The notes below the pieces were generated by a model that searched no databases, was not told where the DNA came from, and saw only the letters and a program-made list of their open reading frames with translations. A stretch of DNA of 64,000 nucleotides from Ramazzottius varieornatus (Eukaryota > Animalia > Tardigrada). Where the stretch lies: the NCBI GenBank assembly GCA_001949185.1, contig BDGG01000003.1, forward strand, positions 1,148,875 through 1,212,874, in the 5' to 3' direction. This document shows positions 36,893 to 50,300 of this stretch, piece by piece (within the stretch, counting starts at the first letter, position 1; every line of letters starts with the position of its first letter). The position numbers and the translations under genes were made by a program.

Positions 36893-38611
36893 TCAGTCGG
36901 ATTTCTTTCTCGATTTCCAGCTGTTTTTCTTCGAGCTCCTGTTCTTTCGCGAACTTCTCTTTCTGCTATTCGCGATCGTTTTTGCACTCTTCCATATCGA
37001 TCTGTCTTTCGATTTTGTCTCGCATGGCCTCGACTTGACTAGCAGCGGTGTTGTATGTTTGGAGTAGATCCGCGGCGCAGATTCGGCGAGTGATCCTCGA
37101 AGGGAGGGCTGACGAACCAGCGTCATTCACTTTGATAAACATCTTGCCGAGAACAGAGCAGCACACTAAGGGCTGCGTCGGAAGTCCGCGCTTGAGACAA
37201 GAAAGTTTTGTCTCGAACTTGCTGTATCGTGAGAACGTTTCTGCGCGGATCAATCGTTTCGAACGAATCGCAGTAAACCGAATCCGTTCAGAAACACAGA
37301 TTTTCCCTTAAATTAGGTGAAAACTGTTTTCATCAAAATATTTTATAAAGTGAACATCGCTGGTCGACCTTCGGGAAACTGTTGTTCTTCTGCCGTTCCG
37401 TCTTTTGCCAGAGCTTTCCGATACGCTGTGGCTATCGCAGCTCTTTTGGCTGCTTTGCTGGTCTCTGTAATAGACGTAGCTCTGTTTCATCCGTTGCAGA
37501 TATATGCTGTATCTCACTTTCGGAAAGGGTTACCTGTGGCTTCCGGTAAGAACTTAACCTTTCCTCTGACGCGTTGAGATAAGGACGGTTAAGCGCGGAC
37601 GACTGTCGTAGGGTTGTTGACTTGTCGTAAAAGAGTGTTACCCAAATTAGGTCGGACATCCTGAGCGGGTTCTTCGGCTCCATCTGAGGTGTCTATGTCG
37701 CCGACAGAATACAGTGGCGCTGTAGCCTTGTTGCCTGTGCCCATCCCACGAATCAGACTTTCGTCTCTGTTTACTGCGCCGGAGCATCTTTGGTCGGCCT
37801 TGAGTACAGCGGAAGGCTGATTATCTTTCTTCTCCGCAAGGGACTGAATCACTTGGTCGACTATACTGACAGGATCCTCCTCATCGCCAGATTCTCGTGG
37901 GCGCTTTGGATGCTTCTCCATGAATTCTTTCACTTTTCGATCAACAAGAACCCGAAGACTATGCAAAGCATCGGCGTCCTTCTTCTTCTGTGCGTTGATT
38001 ACTTTCTCAGTTTCCGGCATGAGTTCTGGTTCTGTAGGCTGATAAGTGTTTCTTAAAGAATGGCGTAGAGCTACCTTCCGCGCGAGAGTACACTCTTTTC
38101 CGGGAGGGTACTGATGGGGATTGATATCATCGACGGCCAGCAGTCTCTCATAAGTTCCCTCTTCGCGGGTTAACTTCGGACGAGGCGCAGTAGTGTCGCT
38201 GTCCATTTCTTTCCTCGACCGTCTTTTCGGCTTCGGAATCTCTGTCACGTCGCTGTCGACCTGCGTCCGAAGTCCATGGTTCGGAACCGCGTAATCTTTT
38301 CCTGTTTTTGATCTCTCCCTGTTGACTAGAGCAGCTGAAGACGACGCTGATGTGGGAGAAACTGATGGTGCGTCATGCACTTGCGCTGGACGTCCGCGCG
38401 TTACAGACGGCCTGCTGCTAGTGCCGGATCCTTCTGGCTGATTGCCCGGGAGAGTCATAAATAATTGTCCAGGTGAAGAGAGCAGCGTTACAGCTGGAGT
38501 GCTGGAGGTAATTTCGGAGCTGACGACATCGAATAAGTCTGCATCAGCCAACTCACAGGAAAGCGCTGCTTCCCACAGGAGATCGAGTCCGTTCCATCCA
38601 TCGTCCGCCAT
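36893..38611 (-). CDS. Probable Harbinger accessory protein (degenerate Myb/SANT-like segment, coiled-coil end), convergent with the transposase
   Basis: 340-aa ORF plus downstream coding fragments, tail-to-tail with the transposase. RPKLTREEGTYERLLAVDDINPHQY resembles the start of a Myb-like domain. Exon structure not resolved. Confidence 0.55.
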
Positions 38612-39393
38612 TCCTGGCCGAAACGCACGAGCACAGATTTTTTCCCCTCTAGAAGCACCGAAAGATCAAGGATTGAAAAGGCGGCCTTCTTCTTGCTATG
38701 GTTATACCGGTATTTGAATCAAACTACATATCAAAACTTGGGCACTTCCGTTGCGTCTTAAGTCCCGATGTTGCTATTCTAATGATCGGAGTCAGCGGAA
38801 ATTCAAAAACGTGTGCGGGGTGGAAATTTCCGTTCGTCGTTCTCACATTTGATCGCCGAGTTTGTGAGCCATCAGCTGCTCACATGACGGCTGACGGCTC
38901 ACATTTTGCCTTCGCCCAATACCGAAGTCGGGGTGGAGTCGGTCGGAACCAAATGTGACAGTCGTAATGTGAGAGGGCAAATGTGAGCGGTTGATTGATT
39001 TTGCGCACGCAGTCTATTGATCGACTGATTGCCGTTCCAAGGTTGGGCTGCGCTTAAGGTTGCGAAGCCGTTCTGTTGTTTGCGTGATTTACTGAATAAA
39101 TCACCCGTCCACCGCTGCACTACTGTACTTGTGGATGTTGTGGTTATAATTTCCGACGTTCATTTCGTCTTTTCCAGAATCCCGATTGAAACTCGAGATG
39201 GTCTGAATCTTCTCGGTGCGGAGGCGTATTGATTAGGCGCGTTTCAGAGTGATCGAATAGGCTGGACAAAAACAAGAGCTTTCCTGATGGACACCTGTAT
39301 GTGAGACGAAACGACTCCCCGACATCCGTTCGCGGATCTTCTGGTTCTGCGTATTAGTACCCTTCTTCCTTGGCGAAAGACTAGGGTCCGAGA

Positions 39394-40889
39394 ATGGTAC
39401 GTACTCTTTATCGTAACGTGTTGTCTATTCAGAAAGAAAGGTTTGTGTTTTAGGGTGAGCGGAAGGGACAGAATCACTATTATCCGCCTGACTGGCGACC
39501 AGAGCTGGGAGGACTCAACAAGTTCCATGGCACTCACGCGCTGGCGGAACGCGCCAGCAAGATTCATTTGGGCATTCTCACCATCAGGTAAGAAGCGCTA
39601 AGTTTTCTTCGGAGTCACAACTATTGCTCGAGAGGAAAGAGAATAAATGTTACTGAAAGCGAACTGTGCTGCGAGCAGTGACGTTGTATGTCAAGCCTGT
39701 TGCGGGCGTTGATTGTTGATTGGCTAGGTGAAATATGGATTTTTATTTCAATGGTATGGTTTTTTCACAGGTTTGAGATGCCATTCAACATCTGGTGTAA
39801 TGGCTGCGGGAACCATATCGGGATGGGTGTCAGGTACAACGCGGAGAAGCGGAAGATTGGCATGTACTACACGACACCGTTGTGGGAATTTCGGATGAAA
39901 TGCCACTTGTGCGATAATTATTTCGAATTCCGCACTGATCCAAAAGTAAGAACGTGATCTCCCCTTCTCAAGCTGGTCTCAAACTCCGCGCGTTTGAACC
40001 AGACACGTATCTGTTCGTTAAAAACAAAGGTTCTGTGAACATAGGAAAAGTCAGATTTGATTTTCTAAGAATACTTCTCATTTTGCAGAATTTCGATTAT
40101 GAGGTCTTCAGTGGTGCACATCGTCAAGAACGTCGGTGGGATGCAGCCAGCACGGAACAAGTGGAAGCTACAGACAAAGCTACCTCTCAGAAGCTCCTAA
40201 CCGATGCTATGTTCAAACTTGAACATGGGAAAGACGACCAGATCAAAGCTGGCGTCGTCAAACCCGTCATCGACCACCTGACCGATTTGCAGTCCCGAAT
40301 GAAAGACGACTACGCGCAAAACTCTCTCCTCCGGTCCCATTTCAGAGTATATACTTCCCTCAACCATAATTGTTGGTATGTTAGGGAATATTCTGATTTT
40401 TAACTAATTTGTTTTTTCCAGACGGAAAAGAAAAAAGCCAAGCTTCAGGACGCCATCGACGAAGGCATCCGCAAGAGAAACTCCCTCAGCATCAAGCTGG
40501 TGCCTGAACGCGAAGAAGATCGTCGAGCAGCTGCTTTAATGAAGTATATGGCGATCGAGTCATCGGAAGAAAGACAAAAGAGGAAAAGGGAAGAGCTAGA
40601 CGCCAGACCGGTGCTGCCCTCTTCGACGCTGGACGCACTTCCGCCATCGGCTGCCAAGATCATCAAGAACTTCCACCTTGGAAGTGGAGAGTTTGATGGG
40701 AGAGAACCTTCAGCAGCTGACTTTGGTATTGTGTCGAAGGGACGTGTGAAGGTAAAAGAGGAATACGAGTCGGATAGGCAGCTGTGTAGACCGTTTGAGG
40801 ACGTGAAGGTAAAAGTGGAAGTGGGCTCACCCACGAAGACGAAAGATGTTTCTTTTTTAATAGATTATGGTAATTCCGATAGTGAATAA
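39394..40889 (+). CDS. CCDC130: Splicing factor YJU2B/CCDC130
   Basis: ATG|intron|GERKGQNHYYPPDW...HGTHALAERA...ILTIR|FEMPFNIWCNGCGNHIGMGVRYNAEK...MKCHLC...TDPK...DAMFKLEHG...DDYAQNSLLR. Confidence 0.95.
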
Positions 40890-42034
40890 GTTTCATGGTA
40901 GAGAGATATTTTGGTCGTGTCGGAAGCCGGAACTGTGATAGTAGCCTCATGAGACGAATTTTGCGCGGAATTTTTCGTTTTAACCTTTTCTTTCCTGTGG
41001 TTATATATTGACCGTTGAAGGAAGCTTTCTTTAATGGACGGAGATCCGTTGTTCAGTTTTAATCTCCTTCGCTCTAACCGTGCAAGTAATTTTGTACCAA
41101 CAAAAGCGCTACCATTGGACTGCCGATCTGTTTCGGGAGGAAGTATGGACGGAAGATTTTCAGTTGGCAGGCTGGGCCCTGCTACAGCATTTCCGGCTTG
41201 AGTATACGTACAAGTTGGGCGTGGCACTGACAAGAATGGGGCCTACTCAGGCACAGCGTTAGTTGCCTGAGTAGGACCGTTAAGTAGGACGGTACGCCTG
41301 GTGATCCAAGTTGAATCCACATGATTGTTGGGCTTTCAAGGTGGTCGGTGGTCTTTATTCTTTTACGATCAGCTGCGCGATTTGGCTTCCACTGTTTTAT
41401 CGCTGCGGAATTTTCACGCTTGGTTATCATTTCTGTCTGACGTTTGTGAAGTTAACGTTGGTGCTGAACAAATATCCATTCATCTTTGGGAAAATTGATA
41501 CATTCCGAAAGCCTGCCATAACGCTGAATAAGCTTTTGTGCTGCGAACGGTCGTTGATCAGGACGGTGTAAAGCTCGACAGGCCACTTCCTCGCTGGATT
41601 AAACCACCAGTCTTTCTTCTCACCGGATCCGGATCTCACTTACCCCTACTTCTGGATGGACCCAAAGACAGTCTGCTGATTCTCTTGTACGGTGAGGTTT
41701 AAGTATTACTGACGAATCGGGAACCAACAGATCGATTACTTTTTAAGTTCTGAAATCCACGGTGTTCGTGTTGATTGATAGGCGGAAACTCTTGAACCAC
41801 AAGACAGCCTGACGTTGGAAGCGGCGCAAGTGGCGCAGTGTGCTGTATAATTAACAGGTACTGTGCGCCAACTGATTGAAGCTGCAGTGCTGTGAAATTT
41901 GATGCGGCGCACTTTGCCCGTTGATGATAAACAGGACCAGTTCGCGGGTTGGTAAAGAGCTTACTGGTGCTGGGTTTTAATGACTTCTGTACTGTGGCTT
42001 CCTGGTTTTCAGGTAAAGGGAGGACTACAACATC

Positions 42035-42610
42035 ATGAACGAGACGGAGGATCACCAGAGTTCGGCCAAGAGTCTCAGCATTCGCGCACAGAAGAAGATC
42101 CTCGGCACCGTGGTGAACAAGCGCGGCTCAGTTAAGCTCTTCATCGACGATAAATCTGCGCACCTGCTGGACACCTTTTACGAGCTGACACTACTCTACA
42201 CCGACAACAAGCGTCGTGCTGAGAAGCTACTTAAGTATTCCATCAAGACGGCCATTAAGCTCCTCGTGCTGATTCGCAATGGCCAGCTGACGTCTGACCA
42301 GTTGGCCACCTGTAAAGAGTTCCGCAGAAAGTTGCGGCTTGTGGCGAACACAGTCATTTCCTTCCATGAAGTCGACTTCACTTTAGACACGGAGTTTCTG
42401 AGTGAACTGCTGAAGGAAGAGGCTGTGTTGCTGAAGGAAGTTCTCCGTCCACACCTCACGAGCAAGTCGATGGAACGTGTCGATCAAGTATTCGCCTTTT
42501 GTTCCGACGTCGGCTTTTTGCAGGCGCTATTTACGGATGAGCGATACACGGAACAGCGGAACGTGCTTGCTCGTGATTTAGATGACTTGCTCAATGACAA
42601 CATCTTGTAG
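42035..42610 (+). CDS. TNFAIP8: TNF-alpha-induced protein 8 (TIPE) family protein, single coding exon
   Basis: SAKSLSIRAQKKILG...LFIDDKSAHLLD...AEKLLKYSIKTAIKL...RNGQL...TVISFHEVDFT...HLTSKS. Confidence 0.95.
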   Translation: MNETEDHQSSAKSLSIRAQKKILGTVVNKRGSVKLFIDDKSAHLLDTFYELTLLYTDNKRRAEKLLKYSIKTAIKLLVLIRNGQLTSDQLATCKEFRRKLRLVANTVISFHEVDFTLDTEFLSELLKEEAVLLKEVLRPHLTSKSMERVDQVFAFCSDVGFLQALFTDERYTEQRNVLARDLDDLLNDNIL

Positions 42611-43035
42611 TCGTCCTGAAAACCCCCAACAGATGCTTTCTGCGAAATTTCCTTTCATCATAGCTGGACCGATAGAACAGGGCCGGCGTCATCGAGATAC
42701 TAAAGGCGCTATTCTAAAGTGATTCTATTACACATTGTACCGCTTAAAATGTTTTACAGACCAATCGTATTCTTTCCGGCTGACTGGAATCCTGCCTTCT
42801 ATGGCCTCTCGTTGTACTGATCAGAATTCAAGAGGTGGTAGTGTTAATGATGTCTTTTGACTGATGTTTTAGGGCTGATAAGTTTCGAATGATTCTTCAA
42901 AGACCGGATGATGCACAGAAATGAATAATGCTTCCAGAAGATGATCCGAACAATAGAATATCGAAAAGATGATTCGAGGCTTGTCGAACGCCCGGGATAA
43001 AGTTCTGTAGGGAGTAGAACCCGCCTCGAAAGTAT

Positions 43036-44590
43036 CTAGTTAGCGGCCATAGTGCTTTCGATCCATTCCCGGAAGTGAGTGACTCGGGAAAAAACTCCTG
43101 GCTTCCCTGGTGGAGCGCAAGGCCTGCAAGCGAAAAATAACAGTCAGAAAAGGTCTGGAATATGCGAATTCCAATGTAAGTCTCACTTGAAGAATTTTCT
43201 ACTGGCTGGTTTTGGCCTTTTTTACTACGGAATTGGGATGGACTTCAGTTTGATCTCGTATCCAGTTCGGTAAACGAGGGCATGAAAAACTGATTCTGTT
43301 GGTGTATCGATGATTCTTGATTATTGGTGAATCAAGTACTTACACAGCTCCCCAGCTGACCACTCCGACCAAATCAAAGTGTCCATCTTCGTTGATGCGC
43401 ACCAAAGGACCGCCACTGTCGCCCCGGCAGGATCCTTTGTAGTCGTTACCCGCGCACAGCATGTCCTCGCCGATCGGGATGGTAGGGTATCCTCGTCCGC
43501 ATTCTTCCGAGTCAACAACGTTGACGCTAACCGACTTAAGCGTGTTGCTGGGTCCGCGAACACTTTCGTCAACCTGCTCGGAAACGAGACCCGAACCGAC
43601 CAGATCGAGATAGCGGGTGTACTCTTCGAAGGACGCGAACGGCTTGGGCCTGGCTCCCACAGTATCGCCCCATCCGGTCACGATGCACTCATCTCCAACT
43701 GCTGGACTGACATCCGCCAAACAGACCGGAGAAACCGCGTCCGTGAAAACCATCGGCTATCACAAGAAGAACTTATTGAAGAAACCATTTTTTCCACTTG
43801 TCACCAGATTACACCTATCGATGGTTCCATGAAGGGCGATTTCGGAGAAGGGTTATGATTACCAGTGTCGTTTTGACGAGGCACATGTCATTCGAGAACT
43901 GAGTTCCGTTCTGATGACCCGGCTGGACGATAACATGGGACAAAGTGTGCGTTGTGGTGGTGTCTTCCCTCTTCTTGAGGTTGTGTGCTCCAACAGTGAC
44001 TGCGTAGGTGCTTGGGCGGATTCCGTAAGCTTTGCAGCAATGCGCCGCTGTCAGCAACCAGCGATCGCTAATCTGCGAAAATATGACGAGAAAATTTGAC
44101 TCCGACATTAGAAGAGGTTTGAGTAAAGGTACTAGTAATTTTCTTCCTGAATGCTGACCGAAAAACGGGAAACGAAAAATGGAACTCGGTCGAATAAACA
44201 GAACCAGACCGTTATTTCAAGTGACGCGCATTTTCTTTTCTATCACCTGAAAGAAGAAAACAACCCAAAAGCACACAAGAAAATGGTGTGCGCCACTTAT
44301 TAGTATGACGGTCTGGTTCGAGTGAATTGCCGATGTCGCCATCATGCCCCTAAAACCAGCAAATTGAGAGTACATACGATCGAAGCGGAACAGATCTGTT
44401 GCTTGCTCGAGGCCTTCAGAAACGCTGCCTGCCATGGAACGCTGTTTGGAGTCACATCCTGGCCGTTGATGATGCGGTTTCCGTTCCTGGCTGCAAGACC
44501 GGAAATAGCAGGTTGACCACAGTGCAGCTCCTCTTCGGCAGTTACAGCAACGATTGCCACCACGGTAAACAAAACACCCGAAAGCATCAT
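43036..44590 (-). CDS. Secreted S1A serine protease zymogen (4 exons)
   Basis: Signal peptide, CG...R|IING activation site, WLLTAAHC, NDMCLV, SPVCL, TGWG, GSCRGDSGGPL, GVVSWG, KPGVFSRVTHFREWI. Catalytic triad intact. Confidence 0.95.
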
Positions 44591-45158
44591 GGCGGCTGGC
44601 GAGACCTCAGTTATCTGCCGTATGACCTTAAATAAAACACACTAAACCGTCGAACCAGGAACGCGCCCGACCTCGAGGAACTTAAGTTATATATAAGTGT
44701 CACCTGACTTATCAAGCTCAGTATATTTTTACCACCTGACACGAGATTATCCTGAGCGAAGTTCTGCATGGTACCTTTGAGCTTTATCCGTTGCTGAACA
44801 AAAGAACAATCCTATCTTTGCCGAAAAATACCGATGGTACAGTGTTCAAGGATATCTGAACCTTGTAGTTATCAGGTACGTGACTCTTTTCGTACCTGGG
44901 TGCTTTTATCGGATAAAAGTCAGGCTACTTTGGATTTTACATTTACTCATTTGAATCGCCCTGAGAAGGTTAATTGAAATGAGGTGAACAAGTCAATCAA
45001 GATCAACACTTCCTTGTCCTGGAGAACGCGATCAAGAAAGCTGCCATACATTCAAGTAGTAGCAAACTTCTGGACGCTACTACCGCCCGGAAATTCGCGA
45101 GGTTTGCTTTGCAGGTCGTAATATTCTTGTAGAAAGCATTCCTGCACCTTTTATTTTT

Positions 45159-45560
45159 TTAGTTAGTTGATTTAATATTGATAATGATACTACGAAACAA
45201 ACCATCAGGTAAGTGTATGCCATTCCATATTCTGCATTGCGGAGCGGTATAGATAAGGGAAAACGGCTGCTTGCTTGTGTCGAGAAGTGTCTTTGTTTCG
45301 TTGACCTTAGCCGTTGCATTTTCTGTAGCAGCGCTGCCGGCGCTCGTGGTGGTGCTTCGGGTGGCATCTGTAGACCTCGATGAGGCATCGGCCGTTACGT
45401 TCGATGAGTGTTTGGTTTTTGCCTGTCCGGAACCAGCCGTAGTTGCAACGTATCCGCTAACTGGCTTCAGGTTGGCAGATCCCTCCGTGCCAGCACGGTG
45501 AGCAACGGTCGTCATCAAGACTAGCGCAACGAGCGCGAAAGCCGCTGACATTTTAGACAT
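45159..45560 (-). CDS. Small secreted Thr/Ser/Ala-rich protein
   Basis: Signal-peptide-like MSAAFALVALVLMTTVA, low-complexity T/S/A stretch with NVT, NAT and NET sequons, and a splice acceptor just upstream of the ATG. 3' end uncertain. Confidence 0.45.
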   Translation of the reverse strand: MSKMSAAFALVALVLMTTVAHRAGTEGSANLKPVSGYVATTAGSGQAKTKHSSNVTADASSRSTDATRSTTTSAGSAATENATAKVNETKTLLDTSKQPFSLIYTAPQCRIWNGIHLPDGLFRSIIINIKSTN

Positions 45561-46298
45561 GCTTCCTGTGACCTAACAGCGAAAACAGAAGCCGGTTGAA
45601 GTAGAGTGGCTGTGGTCCAGTCAAAACAGAATTGATTGGATCTAAATGTAATTTGCAGCTAACCCGGAAGACAATAGTAATGATGCCGAGACGTTCAACG
45701 AACTGAATACCGAAGGGGAAAATTCTTTTGTGCTTACCTTTTCGCGTAATGAAGACCTGCTGATAAAATTCAAGATGTCTGGCAAGCAGCGTATGGCGGA
45801 GTAAGACGGACTCAGCATCAAAAACGCAAAGACTAATGTTTGTCCTGTTTGTGTATTCGTGTTCGAAAAACGCAGCACGCGGAACAGCCCAGGTCATTTC
45901 GGGTGGTTTATTGGGACTGATCATACGTGAAACGCGCCATGTCCAAGCTTGTACGACTCCGTCCACGCTCCACCCGTCTGGATTGCGGACAGCTAAATCA
46001 TGATGGCAAATCGTTTCTGAGGTCGAAGCTGTACTTCCAGTGCGATTCGCTCTTATAAGTGCGGTCACTTACAGCTTCAGCACTTCGAGTTGCGAACCCT
46101 TTTAGGCGGTCGAACCCTTCTGTCACGGAAACAAGGTTATATCGTAACAATAATCAGATTTTTTAATACACTTTAATACTGCATCAGATGGTTTGGTGTG
46201 GACATCTGTGCGATTTGAGAATGCTTTGGAGCAAAAAACTTGAGCATTGTCTGCTGACAGTTATGTTTATGCTTTCACTCGGATATACCGCGCCGGCA

Positions 46299-46358
46299 GA
46301 TGAGCCGGACATAAAACGTGAGCCAGACATAAAACGCAGATGAGCCGGACATAAAACG
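46299..46358. repeat. Three-copy ~20-bp tandem repeat
   Basis: tgagcc(g/a)gacataaaacg repeated three times. Confidence 0.85.
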
Positions 46359-47397
46359 TTTCCTATTCGTATTAGTCGCTTTAATGTTCAGAATCTTACT
46401 GTGTTACGTGCTGCGCTGAATCATGTCTTCAGTAACCAAGGATGTAAAGCAATTAACTAATCATAAATGTGGACAAGCTCTGGTGCACTCGCCCCGCCCG
46501 TCTCAGTTGGAGCTATCAATTATAATTCAATATTTGAAAATTCCATAGGTTGTTTCTGGGTACTTCCGTTGCTTTCACCGAAACCTCATTGTTGACGTTG
46601 AAGGAAGTGGAATAAACAGAATTGTTCTGCGGATCCATAGAGAGAAACGAACAGTTGCTGTTGGTTTGGTGTGGACATCTGTGTAAAAAGTTGTTCGAAA
46701 CGAGGATAATCGGACAGTAGCCTGGGCCTAAAACAAAAATCGATCGGCTTTAGATGTTGTTCGAATTTCTAAGGATTCATATACAGTGCGAGTACTTCGA
46801 GGATTCGGCTTGATTGTTTATGAGCGGTGGTACATGTTGTGCAGTTCGTTGCTGCGAAGCGTTAGTGAATGCATAGAATGCAGAAAATTTACAGTAGTTG
46901 AAACGCGAGTATCGAGATGTTTTCTTTCTGTTCTTGGCATTCGCGACCATCTTCGATCAGAGTCGTCGGATATTGGCTTCTCGAGCTCCGTTTGATTACT
47001 ACGACGTGTTAATGGCATAGTTGACAACTTCGGGGAATTTAAGGGAAAACTCGTTGACTCAAATTTACAACGCTGCAGGTTTGAACGGGTTCCCACAAGT
47101 AAATGCGAAATTCGACACCGGGTCTGTTAAGTTTCAGACCTTCAAGACCAACTTTGATACGGGTTCACTTTCCCACTATGTGATGCAAGCTTCGCAGGAT
47201 GTTTACTCCGATGACTGCTGTCAGAAAAAACGTCAACCTTGTTGATTGTCCGAGTTCCACACCGGCAATTGTTTATACCCGTTAACTCCTGGTCGAAACA
47301 CCACTTCGACCTAAGAAACATGCATCCGTAAAAAAGCCACGCTAAAAAGGATTAGAAAAGAACGAATGTCGGACTATAAAAAATCACAGTAGAAACA

Positions 47398-50300
47398 TCA
47401 GTCTATTCTGACAGTAGAAAAGATACTATCGGTCTGCTTTCTAACTTGAACAAAACTTTTCAGCTGCTGAAACCGCTTTGGTTCACAGCTGTTTCCATGA
47501 TGCCTCAAAACTTCGAGTAAAACTTCAAGGACTGGCACCGACCTCCCCAAGTCCGCATGAGCAAACAGAGTATCAAGAATATCTAGAGCTAACTTTACAG
47601 CTTGAGGAAATTGCCTAGATTTCTGGAAACAAAGGAGAGTCGACATCAAGTCCGTCAAAATACTGCTCGAGATGTCATCAATCTCTTGAAAGAAGTTCGG
47701 ATCGGGTCCGTAGAGACGGTCGTTGGAGTCAATGCCATCGATATGGTACAGGTAATCTTCCTGGAGAGCCGCCGACAGGAAAGCCAGGAGCTGAACCTGA
47801 AACAACATGAATCAAACATCGACTTCCGGTTTAGGTGATGGACAGGCAACCAACTTGTAGATTTCTTCTGACGGTATCTTCGCAGCTGGATAAAGTGTTG
47901 ATCACACCCCGCATTAGGTAGAGTATTCCCTGCTCAGGTGGGTCGGGGACCACGAGCAGTAGACTCAGAAGCTGGCTTCCGAACTCCCCAGCGATCCTTG
48001 ATGCAGGTCTCAGTTTAGTCGCGTAGACTTCCAGCTCGTTCTTCGTGGCGTTGAAGAGCTGAATGGCGGCTTTGATCATGGCGTCGGCCTGACTAAGGCA
48101 GTTATTACACAGGGCAACCTAAAATAAGGAGCCGATATCAACGAACCAGTATGGATGCACGGCTGTCAAGTCATTCAAGATCGTCTTCGCAGACCTGCAT
48201 ACAGCGACCTGAAAGGCCCTGTGATAAGTTAGTATGCAGGCGAGTGAGGTATGAATATGCGGGATGTTCGCCCACCTGCATACACCCAGCCCAACAACCC
48301 TAAAATGTATGACTACGCAGGTGGGTGAAAACGCGGAATATCGTGTCTACCGATCGCCCAAATTCCGTAGGAGCACGGCCTTAATTTTTACTTCTTATTC
48401 TGGTGGTGTGTTTTGAACCGGCATACCTGGGCCGATTCGAGGTAGAGGTTCAGCTGCGACGGTACGTCCGACAGGGAAGGAATGGTGATGAAGTTGAAGG
48501 CGATACAGGCGCGGACGAAGGAAGCTGTCTTCCGGGTGTGGTGTCCATGTTGGATCCGGTGGACCGACATGGCTAAATGATTGACAGCTCTGACGAGGTA
48601 CTCGGCCACATCATCCAAGTTAGAGAATGTCGAGCGACATTCGGCGTAAAAGTTGAGCTGTTGTTCGAAGTCGAGTCCGAAGTCCACCTTGCGAAGAAAT
48701 CCGCGGATCACTTCTGTAAAATGACGTAGGAAGTTGATCAACGTGTGTTGAGCTTCGTTCAGTGGAATTAATCCAATGGAACAACGAAATAATCACTGGA
48801 GGATCAAGTCTAAAAAAGACATTTGTGTTGAAAATTCTTCGCGTTGGACTTTTGCGTCAGTTTCCACAAAAAGATAGAAAATAATGAATTTATTGAAAAG
48901 AATAACTAAATTTTTCTGGACTCTGTGAGAAAAGTAACAAACTGAAGAAGAACATTTACCGGCGGCATTTCGTTTCTCGTCCTGGCTGGAAAGCGACGTA
49001 ATGCTATCGTGCAATATTTTACTGGCAAACAGCACCCCATCGACAACAACAACATCCATGTTGTCATCTCTCTCATACTTCCCGAATGCTTCCAGCAACA
49101 CCTTGGCCGCTTTCAGCCTAACTTCGTCCTGCTGGAGCATGTCCATGAAGGGCATAAACTTGTCCATGCTCAATAGCACTACGAAGCTCCGCAAATGTCG
49201 GACTATCCTTTCGAGGATGCGAAGTAGAGCGGAAGGGCAGTTATGGTATGCGCGGTCGGGAGTGAGGTGGTCGATGATGTCGGCCAAGATGCGGTTGACT
49301 TCTTTCGCCGTGAAGAACTTGGCGGCGTACTCTGTCCACACTTCAACGGCGGAAATGTAGCGGGTGGAGTTCTTTTGAGCGATGATGAGAGGGAAAATTT
49401 CGTTGAGGACTTTCTTCCGCTCTTTTTGGTCGTTGTCGCCATTCAGCAGACACAAACCTGCGTACAAACAATTATTCTACAAACTGGACACAAACTTCGT
49501 TCGGCTGCTTTCTTTCATTATCGAAAAGAACCCACCGACTTCCGGCAAGTCTCTTTCAGAATTCGTACTAACGGATTCTGTCCACAAACACTGTACACTA
49601 ATTTTTCGGTATATGTTTATACAATCGAGAAAATGAAATTTGTTTTTTCCAATTTCCCAATCTTCAGATGAAACAGAAAACGTTCGTTTACCGAAATTTC
49701 TGCACAACATGTAGGTAGGAAAGAACTCCTGAATGTTTTGCTGGATCAGCCCGCATATCCTAATAGGGTTCTTTGTCACAAGCAGCGGGTCGAAGCTCGT
49801 CAGGGCGCAGTTCAACAACAAGCCTTTACAGTTCCGACTCTTGTCCGCAAGACTGAAAACCGTCTCCAACCCTTGCTCGCCCATTTCTTTCCCGTAACTT
49901 TCGGTTATCCACTCCAGTGCTGGCTGATGTAACAGCCAGTACGAAGAAACGTCGAACTTCTCGGCTTTGGTGCTTCTTTCCAACACTTCCGGTCTAACCT
50001 GAAATAAAAATAAACCACCAAAAATTTATAAAGATATCCTAAAATGATTTTCCAAACATGTGTTTGATGGAGACGGTACCTGGGCTGTAAGGTTAGCGAA
50101 GTCTTCCAGCAAGAATCCCAACTGGTGAGTCATTTCCGGTGCCAGCTGCCCGATCATTCTCGCAAGGTAGCACCTCACATACGAAGCGACCAGATGGTCT
50201 CCAATGCCTCTGATCATCTTGACAAACCTCTGTATCATTTCCCCATCCGCTGCTCTCGGTTCGACAAACCTGACACATCTCATCAGTGAGATCTCGATGT

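Noticed and set aside
41241-41274. 12-bp perfect stem-loop cctactcaggca/tgcctgagtagg
   Set aside because: Single short hairpin in a eukaryotic context; no evidence of function and not a bacterial terminator.
46299-46358. Short repeats as a possible CRISPR-like array
   Set aside because: No unique spacers, no cas genes, and a eukaryotic locus.
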